A stretch of DNA of 64,000 nucleotides from Paludibacteraceae bacterium. GTDB lineage: Bacteria; Bacteroidota; Bacteroidia; Bacteroidales; Paludibacteraceae. Below the pieces are notes generated by a model. The model ran no database searches, had not been told where the DNA came from, and saw only the letters and a list, made by a program, of their open reading frames with translations. The first letter of the stretch is position 1, and every line of letters begins with the position of its first letter. The stretch spans positions 5,628 to 69,627 of the forward strand of contig JAKSNU010000001.1 of assembly GCA_024399535.1 (NCBI GenBank). The letters run 5' to 3'. The position numbers and the translations under genes are program-made. Below, in pieces: positions 57,900 to 64,000 of the stretch.

Positions 57900-59014
57900 T
57901 TAACATTATGCAGCCCTCGCTTGGCGAGGAAGAACTAAGCCGCTTGCGCGAAGTGTTTGCCTCCAATTGGATTGGCAAAGGCATGTTGCTGACAAAGTTT
58001 GAGGAAGAGTTTGCCGCTCATGTGGGTTCTACCCGTGAGCATATACTCACTACCAACTGCTGCACCGAAGGACTCTTCGCTTCGATGTACCTGTTCGACA
58101 TCAAGCAGGGCGACGAAGTCATCTGCGGTGACTTGTCGTTTGTAGGTGTTGGCAATGCCATACTGAACTGTGGTGCCAAGATGGTCATCTGCGATGTTGA
58201 TCCTCGCACACTCAACCCTACTGCAGAAACGATAGAACGGGTCATCACACCTCGCACCAAAGCCATCCTGCTGTCTCACTATGGCGGCATAGCCTGCGAG
58301 ATGGACGAGATAATGGCATTAGCTAAAGCACATAACCTGTATGTCATAGAGGATGCCGCACCTGGCGTTTGCTCAAAGTACAAAGGCAAGGCGCTTGGCA
58401 CCATCGGCGATATGGGAATGTGGAGTTTCGATGCCATGAAGATACTTGTCACCGGCGACGGAGCAGCTATATATCTCAAAGACCCGATGCTTCGCAACAA
58501 ATGCGACAAATGGTTCTACTTCGGAATGAACGTCAAGAGCGGCAGCGAGAACAGCGTGGCGCAGAAGTGGTGGGAGTTCGATGTGGAATGCTATGGCCAC
58601 CGTGCTATCATGAACAACATCGGTGCGGCACTCGGCTTGGAGCAGCTTAAGAAACTGCCAATGTTCATGGAACGTCGTGCCTACGTTCACGAGACGTACA
58701 ATCAGGAACTGAAGAATATTGACTGGCTGGTATTACCTCCTGCTCTGCCAGACTATGTAGAAACTTCCTACTATTTCTACCACGTCCAGTTGCCAGACCG
58801 TGACCGCGATGCCTTTGCCCGTTTCCTGCGTGAGAACAACATCTACACCACCTACCGCTATTTCCCGTTCCATCGTGTACCGGGCTTCCATTGTCTGGAG
58901 GCAGAGTGTCCGGGAGCGGATTATGCTACAGACCATACGCTCTGTTTGCCGATACACCAGAGTCTATCGGAGAGCGATGTAGCATATATTATCGAAACAA
59001 TCAAGAAATTCTAA
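57896..59014 (+). CDS. DegT/DnrJ/EryC1/StrS-family sugar aminotransferase
   Basis: 372 aa with IMQPSLGEEELSRLREVFASNWIG and SFDAMKILVTGDG (PLP Lys region). ATGA overlap with wbqC. Confidence 0.85.
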   Translation: MINIMQPSLGEEELSRLREVFASNWIGKGMLLTKFEEEFAAHVGSTREHILTTNCCTEGLFASMYLFDIKQGDEVICGDLSFVGVGNAILNCGAKMVICDVDPRTLNPTAETIERVITPRTKAILLSHYGGIACEMDEIMALAKAHNLYVIEDAAPGVCSKYKGKALGTIGDMGMWSFDAMKILVTGDGAAIYLKDPMLRNKCDKWFYFGMNVKSGSENSVAQKWWEFDVECYGHRAIMNNIGAALGLEQLKKLPMFMERRAYVHETYNQELKNIDWLVLPPALPDYVETSYYFYHVQLPDRDRDAFARFLRENNIYTTYRYFPFHRVPGFHCLEAECPGADYATDHTLCLPIHQSLSESDVAYIIETIKKF

Positions 59015-59019
59015 CCATT

Positions 59020-59553
59020 ATGAGTTTGTTACGCCATTTAGGAGGCATAGAACTGGAAGAAGACTATTGCCGGTTCAAGGAGATAACGCATAGCCGTTTT
59101 TTACGACTGTTTGTGTACAATCCGGCTTTCCGCTATCAGTTTTACTATCGGTTGCGGATACATTCGAAGGTATGGCACATCTTGCTCAAACCGCTTGTGC
59201 CGTTCAATTTCCTAAATTTGTATATGTGCTGTAAGGACATCGGTGGAGGATTATTCATACAGCACGGATATTCCGTTGGTTTGGGTTGTGACAAGATTGG
59301 TAAGAATTGCATTATCAATCAGAATGTAACCATAGGATATAATGACTCGTATCACTGCCCGGTCATTGGCGATAATGTACATATTTGTACAGGTGCTGTC
59401 ATCATCGGAGATGTCAAAATCGGGAATGATGTGATTGTTGGAGCCAATGCTGTGGTGGTAAAAGATGTGCCCGACCACTCTGTCGTTGCCGGTGTGCCTG
59501 CAAAAATAATCAAAACCCGATCGGATATGAACTCGGAATGGGTAAAGGTATGA
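59020..59553 (+). CDS. Serine-acetyltransferase-like hexapeptide O-acetyltransferase
   Basis: The ATG at 59020 (MSLLRHLGG) is preferred. Left-handed beta-helix repeats IGDNVHICTGAVIIGDVKIGNDVIVGANAVVVKDVP. Confidence 0.8.
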   Translation: MSLLRHLGGIELEEDYCRFKEITHSRFLRLFVYNPAFRYQFYYRLRIHSKVWHILLKPLVPFNFLNLYMCCKDIGGGLFIQHGYSVGLGCDKIGKNCIINQNVTIGYNDSYHCPVIGDNVHICTGAVIIGDVKIGNDVIVGANAVVVKDVPDHSVVAGVPAKIIKTRSDMNSEWVKV

Positions 59554-61013
59554 ATGAATCGTTGAAATCAAAGACCTTGCACGGAGTCGGGTGGAGCGCC
59601 TTGCAGAGCGTGCTGAACTACGGAATCAGTTTCGTGGTCGGTATCGTTTTGGCGCGTCTGTTGGACCCGTCCGAGTACGGTTTGATTGGCATGGCTTTCA
59701 TTTTCATTACTCTCAGTACGGTCATTGCAGACAGCGGCCTGACCAACTCCCTGATTCGCAAGACCGAAGCCACCGATGAGGATTACCAAACGGTTTTCTC
59801 CGTCAATCTGGCAATAAGCGTTCTCCTATATGTCGTGCTGTTCTTCGGTGCGGGACTGATAGCGGATTTCTTCCGTGAGCCGCGGTTGGTGATGGTTGTG
59901 AGGGTGTTGGGTGTACTGGTTATTATCAACGCCTTTTCGCAAATTCAGCGCACGATACTGACCAAGCGCATTGACTTCAAGTCGCAGACCAAAGTCTCCA
60001 TCGTAGCAGCGGTGGTAAGCGGTGTTACGGGTATTGTGATGGCATATAAGGGTTTTGGCGTTTGGGCACTGATTACCCAGCAGTTGGTTCAGACGGTGGT
60101 TCGTACAGCCTCCTATTGGATTTATACACGGTGGATGCCGCACTTTACATTCTCTCAAAAGTGTTTTCGCGAGCATTTTGATTTCGGTTGGAAGATGCTG
60201 ATTAGTAATGTTATTTCCGCTTCTTTCAAAGAAGCCGCTAATGCGGTGATAGGCAGATATTATTCCGCACAATCGTTGGGGTACTATGCCAAGTCGCGCC
60301 GAATTACCGAGATTTTCTCCATCAACCTGACCGAATCAGTCAACCGCGTCACTTATCCTGTGATGAGTGAGATGAAGTCCGAACCGTCGCGTCTGCTCTC
60401 CGCTTATCGCAGGATGATACGCACCACGATGTTGCCTACTTTCTTTTGTATGCTTATGCTTGCCGCTGTGGCGCAGCCGCTCATACTCACCCTTATCGGC
60501 GAGAAGTGGTTGCCGTCGGTAGGCATGGTGCAGGTGCTGTGCTTCTATCTTATGCTCTATCCGCTGCATGCCATCAACCTCAACATGCTGCAAGTGGCAG
60601 GGCGAAGCGATTTATATCTGAGATTGGAGATAATAAAGGATGTGTTGCTTGTCATCCCTTTGGTTCTGGGTGTGACGAAAGGTATCTACTGGATGTTATG
60701 GGGGTATGTATTGTTGGGTTTTGTTGCCTATTGGCTTAATGCCCGTTACAGTGGGCGTTTTGTCGGTTATCCTTTTCGGCAGCAGGTCAAGGATATTCTA
60801 CCGGGATTCGGCATAGCAGCTGTTTCGTCAGCAGCAGTTTGGACGATTACGCTTTTGCCGCTCCATTTCCATCTACAACTTGCAATGCAGGCAGTCATCG
60901 GTTCACTGCTGGCATTTGGACTGTGCGAGTGGTTCAGCTTGCCTGAATATAAAGAATTGAAAAACATTGCAACAAATGCATTACGAAGTCGCCATACAAG
61001 TTATAACTTATAA
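59538..61013 (+). CDS. wzx: Polysaccharide flippase (MOP/Wzx family)
   Basis: 491 aa with ~12-14 TMs and an N-terminus LKSKTLHGVGWSALQSVLNYGISF typical of O-unit translocases. Confidence 0.75.
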   Translation: MGKGMNESLKSKTLHGVGWSALQSVLNYGISFVVGIVLARLLDPSEYGLIGMAFIFITLSTVIADSGLTNSLIRKTEATDEDYQTVFSVNLAISVLLYVVLFFGAGLIADFFREPRLVMVVRVLGVLVIINAFSQIQRTILTKRIDFKSQTKVSIVAAVVSGVTGIVMAYKGFGVWALITQQLVQTVVRTASYWIYTRWMPHFTFSQKCFREHFDFGWKMLISNVISASFKEAANAVIGRYYSAQSLGYYAKSRRITEIFSINLTESVNRVTYPVMSEMKSEPSRLLSAYRRMIRTTMLPTFFCMLMLAAVAQPLILTLIGEKWLPSVGMVQVLCFYLMLYPLHAINLNMLQVAGRSDLYLRLEIIKDVLLVIPLVLGVTKGIYWMLWGYVLLGFVAYWLNARYSGRFVGYPFRQQVKDILPGFGIAAVSSAAVWTITLLPLHFHLQLAMQAVIGSLLAFGLCEWFSLPEYKELKNIATNALRSRHTSYNL

Positions 61014-61872
61014 TCAGAAAGACTATATTGCCCAATGCCTGGACAGTATAGTGATGCAGCGCACCACGTTCCCCTTTGTGGCGGTTGTCCATGATGATGC
61101 CTCTACGGACGGCACAGCGGATATTGTGCGTCAATATGCCGAGCACTATCCCGACATGATTCATCCTGTTTTCCAGACTCAGAATCAGTATTCAATAGGC
61201 AATTCTCCTGCAAGGATAGCGGCAGAGGAATTGGATAGGCTCAATCCTAAATACAAGTGTTTTTTGGATGGAGATGATTATTGGACGGATGCTGAGTCTT
61301 TGCAGATGCGTTATGATTATTTGGAAGAACATAGGGAATGCGCTGTCGTATATTCGAAGGTTGTGGAATTGTTACCTTCCGGTGAGATTGCAGAATTGGA
61401 TGCAAACTACCAATGGAAAGTACCTACACTGGAAACGTTGCTTATCAGGAATACAATTCCTTTGGCAACAGCAATGTGCAGGATAGATGTGCATCGGGAA
61501 TTTTTCAAGGAAATAAAGCCTTTCGATAAACTATGGCCAATCAACGATTGGGCAATGTGGCTCTATATGGCATCGAAACAGTATGAGATGGCGTTTATAG
61601 ACCAGGTAACTTGCGTATATAGAGTGACCCCGGTATCCATGACCAGAAAAAAAACGCTGTGGGAGAGAATAAAATATATTAACGGACTCAAACATCTGAC
61701 ATTGTATTTCTCCCGTTATAGTACGCAACCTCATATTCGCCGGCAAATAAAACGGCGTGTGAATCGTGGAATTTATAATGAGATAATGGATGAAATCAAG
61801 AAATATCCAATGGGAGCCTTGCTTTTCAAGGTATTTATGACCTTACGGTATGGAAAAAACAAAACTGAATAG
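60976..61872 (+). CDS. Family 2 glycosyltransferase
   Basis: VAIQVITYNQKDYIAQCLDSIVMQ...VVHDDASTDGT and a DGDDYW (DxD) motif. The ATG at 60976 is preferred over the TTG at 60967. Confidence 0.8.
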   Translation: MHYEVAIQVITYNQKDYIAQCLDSIVMQRTTFPFVAVVHDDASTDGTADIVRQYAEHYPDMIHPVFQTQNQYSIGNSPARIAAEELDRLNPKYKCFLDGDDYWTDAESLQMRYDYLEEHRECAVVYSKVVELLPSGEIAELDANYQWKVPTLETLLIRNTIPLATAMCRIDVHREFFKEIKPFDKLWPINDWAMWLYMASKQYEMAFIDQVTCVYRVTPVSMTRKKTLWERIKYINGLKHLTLYFSRYSTQPHIRRQIKRRVNRGIYNEIMDEIKKYPMGALLFKVFMTLRYGKNKTE

Positions 61873-63166
61873 TCTGTTTACTCCCCTTGTCGCTGCCTGC
61901 TATTACGGCGTGATAATCGGTATGTTGCTGCTTTGGTCAAACGGCGATATACCTGGTGTGTTGCGTTATCCGTTTGCTGTGTTGCCTTTCCTCCCCGTCC
62001 TTTTCGTTGATAAACGCTGGTTTTTCCCGTCTCTGTTTGCCGCCTTGACAGTGTTCAACAATATGCCAAAGGATCAATTTCAGTACAATCAGCTGTTCTA
62101 TATCGGGATGATTGGCATCGTACTCATCTATTACGGCATCCGTGACAGGCAAATCATCTCTCCCTTTGAGTTTGCGCCGTTTGTCTTGACTTTGGCATAT
62201 ATGATGGTGGTGGATTTCGCTACGGACAATGCTTTGCAGCAATGCCATCGCAACCTAAGTGTTGCAGTCTCTGCCATGTTGGCTTTGGGTACCAGTTCGC
62301 AACCTTCGCAAAGGATTGAGGGGCAAGGCAGAGATTGTGCATACGCCTTTGTTATTGCCTCTATAGTCATCAGCATCGTATATTGGCTTAATTTTGACAT
62401 CTATGCGGAAGACTACGGCTGGAAGACGGGGCTGATACGCTCTTTTTACACCGATCCAAACTATCAGGGATGTACCATCGGTATGGGCGTTGTGCTCGCC
62501 GTTTGGCTGCTTTTGAACGACAAAGCCGCCGTTTGGTGGCAACGGATACTCTGTGCCGTCGGCATCGCGGTACCGTTGGTCACGGTCTTCACACTCGCTT
62601 CGCGTGGGGCTTTGGTTGCCGTTGCGGGAGCTGTGATACTACTGGTACTGGTATCCGATACGCGTAAAGGATATAAAGCATTGGTCGTGCTGTTGGGAAT
62701 AGTGTTTGTCGCCTATGCGTATAGCAATCACTATATGGATTTGGTAATTGCTCGTTTGCATGAAAAGGACATGCTTACAGGAGCCTCCCGCCTACTCATT
62801 TGGAAAAGTAAGATGATCTCATTCTTTCGCGACACCAATCCGCTCCATTGGTTGTTCGGTATGGGCTATTGGAATGCCTTGGAATGTGGCGACTTTATCA
62901 CTGCGCACATGAATGATGGCTTAGCCTATTCCGCTTTTCACAACCAGTTCCTTTCAGTGTTGGTAACATACGGTTTGGTGGGATTGGCTGGATTTGTAGT
63001 GCTTTTATGGTTGCCTATCCACAAAGCGGTAAAGGGTAATAAGTTGCTTACGGCAGTGTTGGTATCGTATCTCATATTGGTTTGTATGACGCTGGAGCCG
63101 CTGACAATAGGTCACATTGCTTTCTATTTTTATTATATGTTTGTTTACATTCAGGCTACACGATAA
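61850..63166 (+). CDS. O-antigen polymerase/ligase-family membrane protein (Wzy-like)
   Basis: 438 aa with ~10-12 TMs and a large loop with SRGALVAV, in a locus context with Wzx and Wzc. Confidence 0.6.
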   Translation: MEKTKLNSLFTPLVAACYYGVIIGMLLLWSNGDIPGVLRYPFAVLPFLPVLFVDKRWFFPSLFAALTVFNNMPKDQFQYNQLFYIGMIGIVLIYYGIRDRQIISPFEFAPFVLTLAYMMVVDFATDNALQQCHRNLSVAVSAMLALGTSSQPSQRIEGQGRDCAYAFVIASIVISIVYWLNFDIYAEDYGWKTGLIRSFYTDPNYQGCTIGMGVVLAVWLLLNDKAAVWWQRILCAVGIAVPLVTVFTLASRGALVAVAGAVILLVLVSDTRKGYKALVVLLGIVFVAYAYSNHYMDLVIARLHEKDMLTGASRLLIWKSKMISFFRDTNPLHWLFGMGYWNALECGDFITAHMNDGLAYSAFHNQFLSVLVTYGLVGLAGFVVLLWLPIHKAVKGNKLLTAVLVSYLILVCMTLEPLTIGHIAFYFYYMFVYIQATR

Positions 63167-63178
63167 ATAAAAGATATT

Positions 63179-63739
63179 ATGAGTAAACTAATCAATGTAT
63201 TGAAACATTTGTTTATGTTGCGAAACGCAGCTCTTTCAATTCAAGAAGAGTCAATGAAAATGAAAGCAAAGATAGAGAATGGGGGAGGACATGTCGGGAA
63301 TCATTTTGACTTAATAAATTCTTCCATAGATCTTATTTTTCCATATCTGATAAGCATTGGTGATAATGTAACATTATCAGGAGTCAAGATTCTTACGCAC
63401 GATGCTTCTTTGAAAAAATCAATAGGATATACTAAAGTGGGAAAGGTGACAATAGGGGATAATGTGTTTGTCGGCTGGGGAAGTACTATACTAATGAATA
63501 CAACGATAGGCAATAATGTGGTTATCGGTGCCGGTTCTATAGTAACGGGGCATATACCGGATAATAGTGTCGCAGTCGGCAATCCTTGTCGAGTGATATG
63601 TTCCTATGATGAATACAAACAGAAAATGCTCACAAAGATGCAACAAGTGCCGGTGTTTGACAAATCCCCGAATGAGATAAACAATTCACCGGAAGACGTT
63701 GAAAGACTTAAACAAGCCGGCTACGGTTTTGTATTATAA
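63179..63739 (+). CDS. Hexapeptide-repeat acetyltransferase (LacA/MAT-like)
   Basis: IGDNVFVGWGSTILMNTTIGNNVVIGAGSIVTGHIPDNSVAVGNPCRV. Confidence 0.75.
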   Translation: MSKLINVLKHLFMLRNAALSIQEESMKMKAKIENGGGHVGNHFDLINSSIDLIFPYLISIGDNVTLSGVKILTHDASLKKSIGYTKVGKVTIGDNVFVGWGSTILMNTTIGNNVVIGAGSIVTGHIPDNSVAVGNPCRVICSYDEYKQKMLTKMQQVPVFDKSPNEINNSPEDVERLKQAGYGFVL

Positions 63740-63748
63740 CGAATTAGT

Positions 63749-64000
63749 ATGAAACAAAACATTCTTTTTGTAATACATACATACAATACTGGAGGAGTGG
63801 TGTCTTCTTTACGGAGCATACTGCATTCCGGTTTGAGCTTGCGCTATGAGTTCAGGGTGTTTTCTATTACGAGGGGCTATGACCATAGAAAAGAATTCTT
63901 GAAATGGGATTGCGGATGTAATTTTCTCACCGAATCGTACTTTAGTGATTTCGCGGATTTCCCTATTGGCAGGAAGATGGAAGCTCTCCCAATTAAGATA
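63749..64000 (+). CDS. Probable glycosyltransferase (N-terminal fragment; ORF runs off the right edge)
   Basis: ATG at 63749 with the frame open to the window end: MKQNILFVIHTYNTGGVVSSLRSIL, resembling a GT1/GT4 N-terminus. Not in the ORF track because it is open-ended. Confidence 0.4.
   Translation, partial: MKQNILFVIHTYNTGGVVSSLRSILHSGLSLRYEFRVFSITRGYDHRKEFLKWDCGCNFLTESYFSDFADFPIGRKMEALPIKI

Noticed and set aside
1-64000. tRNA, rRNA, IS elements, integrases, toxin-antitoxin pairs, restriction-modification or other classical defence genes
   Set aside because: Apart from cas9 and xerD, nothing of this kind was recognisable. All intergenic gaps other than those listed are under 90 bp and show no cloverleaf-like or terminal-inverted-repeat structure by eye.

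Overview
The window looks like a Bacteroidales (Bacteroidota) chromosomal segment. Support for that: recurrent -7 promoter boxes of the TAnnTTTG type (often the extended GTAACTTTGCAGCG), a UpxY-led capsule locus, and typical Bacteroidales gene neighbourhoods around dnaA. Most of 4.4-49.8 kb is densely packed housekeeping DNA: aroC, slyD, lptD-like, amidase, mlaD, dnaA, miaA, nadE, ftsX, ADP-forming acetyl-CoA synthetase, tnaA, dut, trxB, dnaE, trxA, lepA, pepT, gcvT, truA, yggS, iorAB and xerD. Three regions are not ordinary. (1) Left edge, 1-4.4 kb: the N-terminal ~756 codons of cas9 sit on the minus strand. The ORF is open-ended, so it is missing from the ORF track. Beside it are a de novo tracrRNA candidate transcribed divergently, a cas9 promoter whose leader would be fully antisense to that tracrRNA, a 540-bp ORF-free structured spacer with an orphan promoter, a divergent HTH-WYL regulator, and a frameshifted BspA-like LRR pseudogene. 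No CRISPR array, cas1 or cas2 is in the window, so they must lie to the left. (2) 39.6-43.7 kb: a Cache-sensor PP2C phosphatase, a STAS protein and an RsbW-like kinase form a partner-switching module. It has no sigma factor and is start/stop-coupled to an SLC13/TrkA-C permease. (3) 49.8-64 kb: a capsule/O-antigen-type locus of UpxY, initiating sugar transferase, Wzc, flippase, GT2, polymerase and acetyltransferases. Its leader carries a hairpin with a G8 tract, and an 11-bp tandem repeat array follows wzc. It also contains an unusual translationally coupled cassette (SPL-like radical SAM, signal-less PstS-like binding protein, eukaryotic-GSH-synthetase-like ATP-grasp ligase, WbqC, DegT aminotransferase) and is visibly GC-richer than the flanks. 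Everything is from reading the sequence and ORF track by eye. No database searches, folding programs or statistics were run. ncRNA ends, promoter calls and family assignments are approximate.
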